From Telmatospirillum sp. (GTDB taxonomy: Bacteria; Pseudomonadota; Alphaproteobacteria; Rhodospirillales; Magnetospirillaceae), in assembly GCF_031291415.1 (NCBI RefSeq), contig NZ_JARLJB010000228.1, positions 45,165-75,164 of the forward strand: 30,000 bases of DNA. The letters run 5' to 3'. Position 1 is the stretch's first letter. Each line of letters begins with the position of its first letter. This document shows, piece after piece, positions 1 to 8,954 of the stretch. The position numbers were made by a program, and so were the translations under genes. The notes beneath the pieces are model-generated. The model did not search any database. It was not told where the DNA came from and worked only from the letters and a program-made list of their open reading frames with translations.

Positions 1-495
1 CTGGCCGTGCTGCTCGACGAATTCGACATCAGCAAGTTCAGCCGGGCGACGCCGCGTTTCGATCCGCAGGATCTTGAGCATCTGAACGCCCGTCTATTGC
101 ACGAAATGGCTTTTGCCGATGCCGAGCCGCGCCTGAAGGCGATTGGATTGGTTTGCGACGAGGCGTTCTGGCATGCCGTGCGGGCCAATCTGAAACAGAT
201 CGCCGATGCCCGGGATTGGTGGCATATCTGCCGTGAGACGGTCTCGCCGGTGATCGAGGATCAGGCTTTTGCGACGCAGGCTGCCCAGCTGCTGCCGCCC
301 GAACCCTGGACGGCGGAGACCTGGAAAGACTGGACGCGCGCCGTTCAACAGGCGACCGAGCGAAAGGGGCGCGAACTGTTTCATCCCTTGCGTTTGGCCC
401 TGACAGGGCGGGAGAATGGCCCGGAACTCAAGACCTTGCTTCCGCTCATCGGTCGAGCGCGCGCGGCGGCGCGGCTATGCGGAAACGCCGCCTGA
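1..495 (+). CDS. gltX: Glutamate--tRNA ligase, C-terminal fragment (5' end lies outside the window)
   Basis: The frame is open from base 1. The tail ...ELFHPLRLALTGRENGPELKTLLPLIGRARAAARL matches the conserved C-terminal anticodon-binding end of GltX. A second aaRS gene follows directly. Confidence 0.75.
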   Translation: MAVLLDEFDISKFSRATPRFDPQDLEHLNARLLHEMAFADAEPRLKAIGLVCDEAFWHAVRANLKQIADARDWWHICRETVSPVIEDQAFATQAAQLLPPEPWTAETWKDWTRAVQQATERKGRELFHPLRLALTGRENGPELKTLLPLIGRARAAARLCGNAA

Positions 496-563
496 AGCAT
501 GACGCGGATGCGCGATACCCAATCGGCTGGACCAGGCCCCAAACATGAGGAAACGTTGAAACC

Positions 564-1943
564 ATGGCGCTCGCTTTCTACAACACGCTGACACGACGCA
601 AGGAACCCTTTGTTCCCCTCGATCCCCTGCGTGTGGGCATGTATGTCTGCGGGCCGACCGTTTATGACCGGGCGCATATCGGCAATGCCCGGCCGATCAT
701 CGTTTTCGACGTTCTTTACCGGCTGCTGAAGCGCCTTTATCCGAAAGTCGTCTATGTTCGCAACATTACGGACGTCGATGACAAGATCAATGCACGGGCC
801 AAGGAAAACGGTGAACCGATCGCGGCATTGACGGCACGGACCACCGAAGCATTTCACGCCGATATCGCGGCTTTGAATGCGCTTCCTCCCGATGTCGAAC
901 CTCGAGCCACCGCGCATATCGCTCAGATGATCGCCTTGATCACGGCATTGCTTGAGCGCGGACATGCCTACGAGGCCGAGGGGCATGTCCTTTTCTCGGT
1001 TCCGTCGATGCCCGATTACGGCAAATTGTCGCGGCGTAATCAGGACGAGATGATCGCCGGGGCGCGGGTCGAAGTGGCTCCCTACAAAAAGGATCCTGCC
1101 GATTTCGTTCTGTGGAAGCCGTCGTCGGACGATCTGCCCGGTTGGGACAGCCCGTGGGGCCGTGGTCGTCCGGGCTGGCATATCGAATGTTCGGCGATGA
1201 GCCGGGAATATCTTGGGGTCACTTTTGATATCCATGGCGGTGGGCAGGACTTGGTGTTCCCTCACCATGAGAACGAAATCGCGCAGAGTGTCTGCGCCAA
1301 TGGTCAACCTTTCGCCCGTTACTGGCTGCACAACGGCTATCTGATGGTCGAGGGCGAGAAGATGTCGAAGTCTCTCGGCAACTTCTTTACCGTGCGAGAT
1401 CTGTTAGCCCAGGCCCCCGGCGAGGCGATTCGCCTGGCGATGCTGACCGCCCACTACCATCAGCCGTTCGACTGGACGGCCGAAGGGTTGAAACAGGCGA
1501 GGACCGCGCTCGATCGCCTGTATCTGGCGTTGCGTGGCGTGGCCGACATTCGGGCCGTCCACCGTGATCAGGTTCCCCTCGACGTCCTGGCGGCTTTGGA
1601 AGACGATCTCAACACGCCCTTGGCGATTGCCCATTTGCATGAGCTGGCCACCCAGCTGAACAAGGCGGAAAACGACGGGGAAAAGGCCAAATGGAAGGGC
1701 GCCTTGTTGGCTGCGGGCGATGTTCTCGGTGTCCTGCAACAAGACGTCGAGGCGTGGTTCCGCTGGGTTCCTGAAGGCAGTGACGGTCTTAGTGATGCCG
1801 ATATCGACGCGTTGATCGATCAGCGTATCACGGCGCGCAAAGAGAAGAATTTTGCCGAGGCCGACCGGATTCGGAAGGAACTGGCCGAGCAGGGCGTTCT
1901 TTTGGAAGACAAGGCTGGAAGCACGAGCTGGCGGCGCTCGTAA
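564..1943 (+). CDS. cysS: Cysteine--tRNA ligase
   Basis: 459 aa. Class I signatures are present: [16 protein letters not shown] (HIGH-type) and KMSKSLGNF (KMSKS). The WHIECS zinc/cysteine-binding motif is also present. Confidence 0.95.
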   Translation: MALAFYNTLTRRKEPFVPLDPLRVGMYVCGPTVYDRAHIGNARPIIVFDVLYRLLKRLYPKVVYVRNITDVDDKINARAKENGEPIAALTARTTEAFHADIAALNALPPDVEPRATAHIAQMIALITALLERGHAYEAEGHVLFSVPSMPDYGKLSRRNQDEMIAGARVEVAPYKKDPADFVLWKPSSDDLPGWDSPWGRGRPGWHIECSAMSREYLGVTFDIHGGGQDLVFPHHENEIAQSVCANGQPFARYWLHNGYLMVEGEKMSKSLGNFFTVRDLLAQAPGEAIRLAMLTAHYHQPFDWTAEGLKQARTALDRLYLALRGVADIRAVHRDQVPLDVLAALEDDLNTPLAIAHLHELATQLNKAENDGEKAKWKGALLAAGDVLGVLQQDVEAWFRWVPEGSDGLSDADIDALIDQRITARKEKNFAEADRIRKELAEQGVLLEDKAGSTSWRRS

Positions 1944-1985
1944 AATCGCGTTCTCGTCTCTAGAAGACGGCGTGTCCGGATAGAA

Positions 1986-2020
1986 TTAGAGCCGAATGCA
2001 TTCGATGCATTCGGCTCTAA
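1986..2020. terminator. Bidirectional terminator-type hairpin between convergent cysS and the dehydrogenase gene
   Basis: Perfect 16 bp stem: TTAGAGCCGAATGCAT (1986-2001) pairs with ATGCATTCGGCTCTAA (2005-2020), with a 3 nt loop. There is no clear U-tract. Confidence 0.6.
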
Positions 2021-2036
2021 TCGTGTGAGGACCGCT

Positions 2037-2915
2037 CTACTGGAACAAGTGTTCCTTGACGTAGTCGAGCGGCATGTCTTTGCCGGTCCACATCTTGAAG
2101 GATGCCGCCGCCTGGTGAAGCATCATGCCGATGCCGTTCATGTATTTGCACCCGGCTGCCTCGGCTTGTTCCAGCAACCTCGTCTTCAGGGGCGAATAGA
2201 TGGCGTCGGAGACGAACAGATCCTTGCGCAGTACCGAGACGTCCGGTAGCGGAGATTGCCCCTTCATGTCGGCCATACCGACCTTGGTGGCGTTGATGAG
2301 AATAGAAGACTTGGCGACAGTGGCACGGAAGGCATCGACGTCGTGGAGATCGGTGAGCGTCGTCGTTACCGACGTCTTGTCTCTGATCTTCTTGACCAGT
2401 TTCTCGGCGCCGGCGCGGAAGCCATCGGCGATATTGAAAATGTGGAGTTCCTTCACGCCTTCGAGCGCCAACTGCGCGGCGACGGCCGATCCGGCGCCAC
2501 CGCATCCCATCAGGGTGACGATACGGCCAGTGACCTCCTGGCCCTGCTCGCGCAAAGCCGCAACCTGACCGATGCCGTCGGTGGTTTCGCCCGTCAACAC
2601 GCCACTGTCATTGATGACCGTGTTGACCGCGCCAGTGATTTCCACTGCGGGGGAAATCTTGTCAAGATACTGAACAATCGGAAGTTTGTTCGGCATGGAT
2701 ACGTTGCTGCCACGGACCTTGAGGGTACGCAGGGCCTCAACGGCGCCTTTTAAATCCTCCTGCCCAACCTCGAATGCGAGATAGGCGTATTCCAGCCCAA
2801 GCTTGGCCAGTGCGAGATTGTGAACACGGGGGGAGCTGCTGTGACGGATGGGGTAGGCGATCAAGCCAAGCAGTTCAGTGTGGCCGGTAATCTTGAGGGG
2901 GATTTCCTCGGACAT
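2037..2915 (-). CDS. aroE: Shikimate/quinate 5-dehydrogenase (AroE/YdiB family)
   Basis: N-terminus reads LLGLIAYPIRHSSSPRVHNLA. The Rossmann motif MGCGGAGSAVA is present. I place the start at the ATG at 2915, which is preceded by AAGGA; the track ORF extends to 2987. Its position next to aroQ and quiC suggests a catabolic YdiB-like role. Confidence 0.85.
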   Translation of the reverse strand: MSEEIPLKITGHTELLGLIAYPIRHSSSPRVHNLALAKLGLEYAYLAFEVGQEDLKGAVEALRTLKVRGSNVSMPNKLPIVQYLDKISPAVEITGAVNTVINDSGVLTGETTDGIGQVAALREQGQEVTGRIVTLMGCGGAGSAVAAQLALEGVKELHIFNIADGFRAGAEKLVKKIRDKTSVTTTLTDLHDVDAFRATVAKSSILINATKVGMADMKGQSPLPDVSVLRKDLFVSDAIYSPLKTRLLEQAEAAGCKYMNGIGMMLHQAAASFKMWTGKDMPLDYVKEHLFQ

Positions 2916-3074
2916 CGTATTATCCTTCTTGAAAGAGAGCAGGCACGCACTGTCCCGTTCACCAGTGGGGGCCACGGTGCTGCTCAAGCCGACGGATCGA
3001 TTTTGTTAGGGTCGCGCCATTTTCCGCCGGCCCACCGCCATCGACGGGCCGGCAAAACGAAAGAGGTGCCGCGA

Positions 3075-3521
3075 CTACTTCTTGTCCTTCAAAAGGAAGG
3101 CCATGTGACGCATGGCAAGCGAGTAACCATGCGTACCAAAGCCCGCCATAACGCCCGTGGCGACTTTGGAGACATAAGACAAATGTCTGAATTCTTCGCG
3201 CTGATGGACGTTGGAGATGTGAACCTCAAGGATGGGACAGGAGCAGGACTTCAGCGCGTCCATAATGGCAATGGAATAATGGGTATATGCGGCCGGATTG
3301 AAAATAATTCCGGCAGCTTTTGTCCGAGCTTCCTGGACCCAGTCCACCAAAAGCCCCTCGTGATTAGATTGCCGGAAATCAACTGCAAGACCAAGTTCCG
3401 CGCCGAGGGCCTTGCATTCATTTTCAACGTCTTTAAGTGTCGTATAGCCATATATTTCCGGCTCGCGAGTCCCGATCATATTCAGATTCGGACCGTTTAA
3501 GACATAAACCAAAGAAGACAT
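3075..3521 (-). CDS. aroQ: Type II 3-dehydroquinate dehydratase
   Basis: 148 aa. The N-terminus [21 protein letters not shown] and the segment [17 protein letters not shown] are classic AroQ sequence. Confidence 0.93.
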   Translation of the reverse strand: MSSLVYVLNGPNLNMIGTREPEIYGYTTLKDVENECKALGAELGLAVDFRQSNHEGLLVDWVQEARTKAAGIIFNPAAYTHYSIAIMDALKSCSCPILEVHISNVHQREEFRHLSYVSKVATGVMAGFGTHGYSLAMRHMAFLLKDKK

Positions 3522-3599
3522 GACACGAACTCCGCGATCTGCGGGCCACGGCTTTCCTGACCGTGCCGCCGGCCCAGATACCTCACATTTAATGTGGAA

Positions 3600-3629
3600 A
3601 TAATGTACGAACTAGTACGTACATGTCAA
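3600..3629 (-). promoter_or_regulatory. Candidate aroQ-aroE promoter with an embedded palindromic (TetR-type) operator
   Basis: On the minus strand there is TTGACA (3629-3624), an 18 nt spacer, then CATTAT (3605-3600). The spacer is filled by the near-palindrome TGTACGAACTAGTACGTACA (3604-3623). The site lies about 80 nt upstream of the aroQ ATG. Confidence 0.4.
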
Positions 3630-3718
3630 ACGGAAATCGGGAGAGTGGCAAGATGCGTCGGTTCGCGGCGCATTCATACCGAGCTGCGGTGATCGGTTCC
3701 GATCACCGCCACTTCGTA

Positions 3719-4402
3719 TCAGACGGCGGAAGCTGCCGGCTTCTTGAGGAAATCGATGATCATGTCGGCAATCATCTTTTTGTGTTTTTCACGTATCTCC
3801 GGCGCGCCAAGATCTCGTCCGAAAATGGCGCCGAACGTGTGGCGATTGGACACTCGGAAGAACGAAAATGCACTGATCATCATGTGCAGGTCGATGGGGT
3901 CCATGGGATTGTGAAACGCCCCGCTCTTGTAACCGCGCATCAAAATCGCTTCGGTGGTCTCGATGATGCGCGCATTCATCGTGCGGATGCCTTCCGATTC
4001 CTTAACATATTTTCCGAAGTGAATGTTCTCGATGCTGACGATTCGGATGAAATTGGGGTTTGCGTCCTGGTAATCGATGGTGAAGTCCACCAGTTTGCGG
4101 ACAGCCTGTTCTGCATCCAGTTCTTTCAGATGCATGTTGCTTTCGATGTCGCGGATACCGCTATAGGCTTTTTCCAGAACGGCTATGTAGAGACCTTCCT
4201 TGCTGCCGAAATAATAATAAATGGCGCGTTTTGTTGTCTTTGTCTTGGCTGCGATGGCGTCGACACGGGCGCCTGCAAACCCGTAGGCGGCAAATTCTTC
4301 TGTAGCCACCTGCAGGATATCTGATTTTGTTAATTCGGGATTATTTGTCCGCTGAGGCTTATCAGTTTTTTCTTTTGAAATATTGTCGGCTTTGTCGATC
4401 AC
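3719..4402 (-). CDS. TetR/AcrR family transcriptional regulator
   Basis: The N-terminal HTH reads ILQVATEEFAAYGFAGARVDAIAAKTKTTKRAIYYYFGSKEGLY. The start is GTG at 4402, preceded by AGGAAAG. Confidence 0.9.
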   Translation of the reverse strand: MIDKADNISKEKTDKPQRTNNPELTKSDILQVATEEFAAYGFAGARVDAIAAKTKTTKRAIYYYFGSKEGLYIAVLEKAYSGIRDIESNMHLKELDAEQAVRKLVDFTIDYQDANPNFIRIVSIENIHFGKYVKESEGIRTMNARIIETTEAILMRGYKSGAFHNPMDPIDLHMMISAFSFFRVSNRHTFGAIFGRDLGAPEIREKHKKMIADMIIDFLKKPAASAV

Positions 4403-4666
4403 TGGGCAAGCTTTCCTAAAGGTCGGTTTTTGTCGATCGTTCTGATTCTTCGCGTCATGGTCGGAGCGGGCTGGCGGCTATGCCATACCCGTTTCCAGCG
4501 TGACGGCGGAACAAGGGTAGCCGAGCCGCCGCTTCCGGTCCAGATCGACCCTTGGGCGAAGTTGCTTCCGTCGGCCGCTGTTCCGTGGCCGTGGCCCCTT
4601 GGATTGTCCGGTTTCGTCTCGCCGTGGGATGTCGACCATCATTCAGTCGCATGTGCCAAAACGATC

Positions 4667-4695
4667 TTGACGACTGAAATGGAATAGTATTCTAG
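4667..4695 (+). promoter_or_regulatory. Promoter-operator module Q: (C)TTGACG, 7 nt, then dyad TGGAATAGTATTCTA
   Basis: TTGACG is at 4667-4672 and the 15 bp dyad at 4680-4694. The architecture and spacing match the modules at 13326 and 18267. It is upstream of the MFS gene at 5016. The octamer CTAGTACG (4692-4699) also occurs in the aroQ operator. Confidence 0.45.
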
Positions 4696-5015
4696 TACGG
4701 AACGACTTCTGTCGGACTGCGACGGAGGCTGTCGTTGGAGATGTCTCGGACGCTATCGCCGTCCGGGCGGGGCGCCTTGATATCAGACCAGAAAGGGGCG
4801 GCGTAGGCGAAGACAGTGTTTTGATGGTCGTGCCACCTGTCTTTTGGAAGCGGAAATAATTCTCCATCAAAGAGAACAATTCGCTCGATCCGCTGTCCGT
4901 TTGGCAGCGCAATTCCGGGTATTTTGCGCGATTGTCTGTCTTCTTCAGCGTCTGGTTGTTCAATTTCATGGCGATCTCGACAGTATTAGTTATGAATATC
5001 GAATAGGGGACATAA

Positions 5016-6269
5016 ATGACAAGTATAGCGTCGGGAACGTCAAAAAATATATATTTTCCAATGGCCATGTGCTTGTATGTAAGTTATTTCGTTCACGGAA
5101 TGGGCGTTATAACATTAGCGCAAAACATGAGCTATTTGATGGCTCGTTACGAGACGGACGCGGCTGGTATTGCCAGCGTTATTTCGTTTATCGGTATTGG
5201 CCGGCTCGTCAGCTTATTTTTCTTTGGAGATATGTCCGATCGATTCGGGCGTCGGCCGATGTTCGTCATCGGTGCGGTTTTTTATGTGATTTTCTTCTTG
5301 GGCATTCTCGTCAGCCCGAATATTCCGGTGGCGTGCGCAATGGCAGTGTGCGCTGGCGCGGCGAATTCGAGCCTTGATACCTGTTGCTATCCGGCGCTCA
5401 TGGAGGCCTATCCCAAAGCCACGGGAACTTCCGTCATTCTGCTGAAGGCGTCGGTGTCCCTCGGGCAGATGCTGTATCCCTTTATTGTCGGCTATCTCAT
5501 GGTTGAAAAGCTGTGGTACGGCTATGCGATGCTGATTCCCGCGGTCATTCTCTTCCTCACTGCGGTGGTGATCCTTGGCAAGCCCTTTCCGCAGAATTCC
5601 AGCAGAGCGGACACAAGTGACACGCTCAAAAGCGAAATCGCGGTTCTGAAGGTGGCGCCCAAGATCTGGCTTGAGGGGACGGCGGCGGCTTTGTTCGGTT
5701 ATACGGCGTTCGCCGCTTTCTATATTGTTGTTGTCTGGATGCCGAAATATGCGCAGCAGTTTTCGGGAATGGCGGAACCTGCCGCGCTGAAGACGATTTC
5801 GTACTACAGCCTGGGATCCTTGATCTGCGTATTCATCTCGGCGTTCCTCGTCAAGAAGTTGGTCCGTCCGGTCCACCTGATGTTTCTTTTCTCCGTCTTG
5901 GCGGGTCTCATGGGCTTGGCGGTGTTTGCCAATCCAACGCCATTGATGTGCAATCTGGCCGCCTTCGTCATCGGGTTCACGGCGGCGGGTGGCGTTTTGC
6001 AACTCGGCGTCACGCTGATGTCCGAATTCTTTCCCAAGAGCAAGGCTCGCGTGACCAGCATATTCATGATCTTCGGCAGCGTGTCGAACTTCACGATTCC
6101 GTTGATAACGGGAGCCATCTCCAAGGTAAGCATCAAATACATCATGCTTTTCGACGCTGGAATGGCATTCGCCAGCGCGATCCTGAGCTTGATTATGTTG
6201 ATCAGGTTCTACCAAACCTTCAGCATTCCCCAGGCCGATAGACGGTTGGGGGAAGGCCGGTCGAGGTAA
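5016..6269 (+). CDS. MFS transporter (12-TM type), likely hydroaromatic/organic acid uptake
   Basis: 417 aa and hydrophobic throughout. The MFS loop motif GDMSDRFGRRP is present. An AGGGGA RBS lies 6 nt upstream of the ATG. Confidence 0.85.
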   Translation: MTSIASGTSKNIYFPMAMCLYVSYFVHGMGVITLAQNMSYLMARYETDAAGIASVISFIGIGRLVSLFFFGDMSDRFGRRPMFVIGAVFYVIFFLGILVSPNIPVACAMAVCAGAANSSLDTCCYPALMEAYPKATGTSVILLKASVSLGQMLYPFIVGYLMVEKLWYGYAMLIPAVILFLTAVVILGKPFPQNSSRADTSDTLKSEIAVLKVAPKIWLEGTAAALFGYTAFAAFYIVVVWMPKYAQQFSGMAEPAALKTISYYSLGSLICVFISAFLVKKLVRPVHLMFLFSVLAGLMGLAVFANPTPLMCNLAAFVIGFTAAGGVLQLGVTLMSEFFPKSKARVTSIFMIFGSVSNFTIPLITGAISKVSIKYIMLFDAGMAFASAILSLIMLIRFYQTFSIPQADRRLGEGRSR

Positions 6270-6284
6270 CAGCTGGAACAGCGG

Positions 6285-6326
6285 AAAGCAGAGTCCCCGG
6301 GCATCGCCGACGCGGACTCTGCTTTT
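6285..6326 (+). terminator. Rho-independent-type terminator after the MFS gene
   Basis: Perfect 12 bp stem: AAAGCAGAGTCC (6285-6296) pairs with GGACTCTGCTTT (6314-6325). The loop is 17 nt and the structure ends in a T run. Confidence 0.6.
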
Positions 6327-6512
6327 CACCCCATTATCGACAACACCGCAATTCCATATCGGGGTGGAGCGTCCTTGCAAGAGTGGGGCGTCGATATCCA
6401 CTGAATGCCCATTCGATAGCTGACCTTGCGTTGGCCCGCCTATTTCCCGTCTTTTGAGAAACAAAGACCGTCAGAACGAAATTGCGGCGGGCGATGCATC
6501 GTGGGGATATTT

Positions 6513-8615
6513 ATGATGTCGTTACGTTATGCACTGTCGATAAGAACGATTTTGGGACTTTTGGTTGGGCCGATGGGGCTTTTCCTTGTCGCGCTCAGTC
6601 TGGGGTCTCTCAAGGAAGCCGCGACAAGTTGGGAGACAGCGGACCGGTTGACATCGCTTACCCAGGTCAGCCGCCAGCTGTTCGATGCGATCTTCAGCAC
6701 CCGGATGGAGCGTGGCACCGAGGTGGCGGCACTGCTGGCGCCCGCAAGCGCCGACGGCAAAACGCTGACGCGGATCGCCGACCATCGGCGAAAATCCGAA
6801 GTATCCTACCAGCAGAGCATCCAATCGCTCGCCACGGTTAGCGTTCCGGGGCAGCAAACGGTTCTCGACCGCTTGAGAGCGACCCACGACGCGATGGCAG
6901 CGTTGCGACCGAAGGTCGACGTGGCTGTGACCCAGCCGAAGGAAGGCCGGGATACCGATCTCACGCAGAATTTTCCGAAAGTGGCGACCGCCTATCTTGA
7001 TGCTTTGTCGGCAACCACGGATTTTCTCGATGCCTCTTTGAAAATGACGGACCCGATCGTCGACCAGTATCTGTCGGTCAAGCGGGCAGCCTGGATTCTC
7101 CGAGGTTATGGCGGATTGATCGCCGTTCGCATCGAGAACGCCGTTGCTGCCGGTCGGGCTTGGGAGGCGACGGACGTCGCCGCCTGGGCCGAAGACCGCG
7201 GCCAAATGTCCTATGCCTGGATGTTGGTGTCCGAGGCGGCCGCCCGCCATGATGCGTCCAAAAGGCTGGTCGATGCTGCTGCCAAGGCCAAGCAGTATTT
7301 TTCCGGGCCGATGGCCGAAGAAAGAAAAGCCCTGATCGACACTTTGAGCGGTGGCGGCACCATCACCATGACCATGAGCGTTCTGCAGGAACGTGACACG
7401 GCCGAGCTCATCTTCTTTGCGGACCTTGTCAATGTCGCGCTCGACGAAATGATCGCGCGGGCCGACGATAACCAATACGAAACCAAGAAACTGCTGATCT
7501 TCAGCGCCCTGCAGTTGTTGATTGCCATCGGCCTGACGGTTGCCGGCAACCTGGTTGTCTATCGCTGGGTCAGCATACCGATCAAGAGGATGGCCAAGGT
7601 AATGCGCCTGTTGGCCGAGCATGACCTGTCGGTGGAAATACCATCGACCGGCAACGTCATCGAAATCGATGCGATGACCGAGGCGGTCCAGGTCTTCAAG
7701 GATAACGCCATTCGTGCTGATCGTCTGGCTGCCGAGCAGGCGACTGAACAGGTGGCGCGTGAACAACGGGCCAATACGATCCAGCGTCTGACATTGGATT
7801 TCGATCAGTCCATTTCCGCCGTTTTGGATCGAACGGCGACGGCTGCCGCGGAAATGAAGGGCGTTTCGACCGAGCAGGCATCTCTATCGGAGCAAAGTGG
7901 GCAAAAATTGACGACGGTGGCGGCGGCGCTGGGACAGGCGACATCGAACGTGCAGACTGTCGCGTCGGCGGCCGAAGAACTGTCGGCCTCAATCTCCGAG
8001 ATCAGTCGGCAAGTAAGCGATTCCGCGCGCATTTCGGCGACTGCGTCGGAAGAGGCCGCTCGGACGAATGCAATCGTCCAGTCGCTGACGGAGGCAGCCG
8101 ATCACATCGGCGAAGTCGTCAATTTGATCAACAGTATCGCCAGCCAGACCAATCTTCTGGCTTTGAATGCCACCATCGAGGCGGCCCGGGCCGGAGAAGC
8201 CGGCAAGGGGTTTGCCGTGGTGGCCGGCGAGGTCAAAAACCTCGCCAACCAAACGGCGAAAGCGACGGACGAAATCCGTGCGCAAATCGGCAATGTTCAG
8301 GACGAGACCCGGCGCGCGGTCGAGGCGATCAAAACCATCGGCACCATTATCGACCAGGTCCAGGAAATTTCTTCGGGTATCGCCTCGGCCGTCGAGCAAC
8401 AAGGTGCGGCGACCAGGGAAATCGCCCGGAACGTACAGGAGGCCGCGCACGGCACACAAGAGGTGTCGCGCAACGTCACCGGTGTGGTGGATGGAGCCGA
8501 GGACGTTGTTGTTCTTGCAAAAAAGACACGCTCCTCGGCCGAAGTTCTGGCGCGGGACGCCGACAGTCTGCGCGGCAAGGTCGCCGCTTTCCTCGATGGC
8601 GTCCGGGCGGCGTAA
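6513..8615 (+). CDS. Methyl-accepting chemotaxis protein with a large periplasmic sensor domain
   Basis: It has two TM segments flanking roughly 300 aa, then a HAMP region. The signalling core NLLALNATIEAARAGEAGKGFAVVAGEVKNLA is highly conserved. I place the start at the ATG at 6513, preceded by GGGGA. Confidence 0.92.
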   Translation: MMSLRYALSIRTILGLLVGPMGLFLVALSLGSLKEAATSWETADRLTSLTQVSRQLFDAIFSTRMERGTEVAALLAPASADGKTLTRIADHRRKSEVSYQQSIQSLATVSVPGQQTVLDRLRATHDAMAALRPKVDVAVTQPKEGRDTDLTQNFPKVATAYLDALSATTDFLDASLKMTDPIVDQYLSVKRAAWILRGYGGLIAVRIENAVAAGRAWEATDVAAWAEDRGQMSYAWMLVSEAAARHDASKRLVDAAAKAKQYFSGPMAEERKALIDTLSGGGTITMTMSVLQERDTAELIFFADLVNVALDEMIARADDNQYETKKLLIFSALQLLIAIGLTVAGNLVVYRWVSIPIKRMAKVMRLLAEHDLSVEIPSTGNVIEIDAMTEAVQVFKDNAIRADRLAAEQATEQVAREQRANTIQRLTLDFDQSISAVLDRTATAAAEMKGVSTEQASLSEQSGQKLTTVAAALGQATSNVQTVASAAEELSASISEISRQVSDSARISATASEEAARTNAIVQSLTEAADHIGEVVNLINSIASQTNLLALNATIEAARAGEAGKGFAVVAGEVKNLANQTAKATDEIRAQIGNVQDETRRAVEAIKTIGTIIDQVQEISSGIASAVEQQGAATREIARNVQEAAHGTQEVSRNVTGVVDGAEDVVVLAKKTRSSAEVLARDADSLRGKVAAFLDGVRAA

Positions 8616-8630
8616 TTCGCGGTTGTTCAG

Positions 8631-8905
8631 TCACATTTTCCCGTCATTCCCGCGCAAGCGCACGCACACATCTTCGGTTTCTCGTCCCTCGCCCCCGCGT
8701 CGGGTGGGAGGGTGAGGGGATATCGTATAACGTCATGATATTATAGTTATTTTAAACGATACATCATTGTTTGAGATCACCTTTCCCCTCACCCTCCCAC
8801 TTCGCGGGTCCCTCCCTCTCCCGCCAAGCGGGCGAGGGTCTATATCATTGATGTGACGGGGATATTCTAGATGTGTGCATGCCCTGGCACTTTCGCGGGG
8901 ATGAC
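8631..8905. repeat. Nested imperfect palindromic (REP/MITE-like) element in a convergent intergenic region
   Basis: The inner inverted repeat is a perfect 17 bp: GTGGGAGGGTGAGGGGA (8704-8720) pairs with TCCCCTCACCCTCCCAC (8784-8800), around a 63 bp AT-rich core. The outer arms GTCATTCCCGCG (8643-8654) and CGCGGGGATGAC (8894-8905) match 11/12. A further GC hairpin lies at about 8813-8838. Confidence 0.55.
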
Positions 8906-8954
8906 GACGACAAAATACCCGCAGACGAACCTTTGCAGTAACTGACGATACGCC

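Noticed and set aside
381-1331. 316 aa minus-strand ORF overlapping gltX and cysS
   Set aside because: It is antisense to two confidently identified aaRS genes. The translation is Arg/Pro/Gly-rich and low in complexity, which is typical of shadow ORFs in GC-rich DNA.
4430-5068. Small ORFs (85, 65, 141 and 177 aa) in the TetR-MFS intergenic region, including a GC-richer stretch at 4430-4650
   Set aside because: I translated several frames by eye and found no protein-like sequence, motif or RBS. The region more likely holds the divergent promoters. A decayed gene fragment cannot be excluded.
5214-6464. 416 aa minus-strand ORF
   Set aside because: It lies entirely antisense to the MFS transporter. 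The product is highly charged and Arg-rich with no recognisable motif, so I treat it as a shadow ORF.
6522-7766. 414 aa minus-strand ORF
   Set aside because: It is antisense to the chemoreceptor gene, which has unmistakable MCP signalling motifs. No motif is present in the antisense product.
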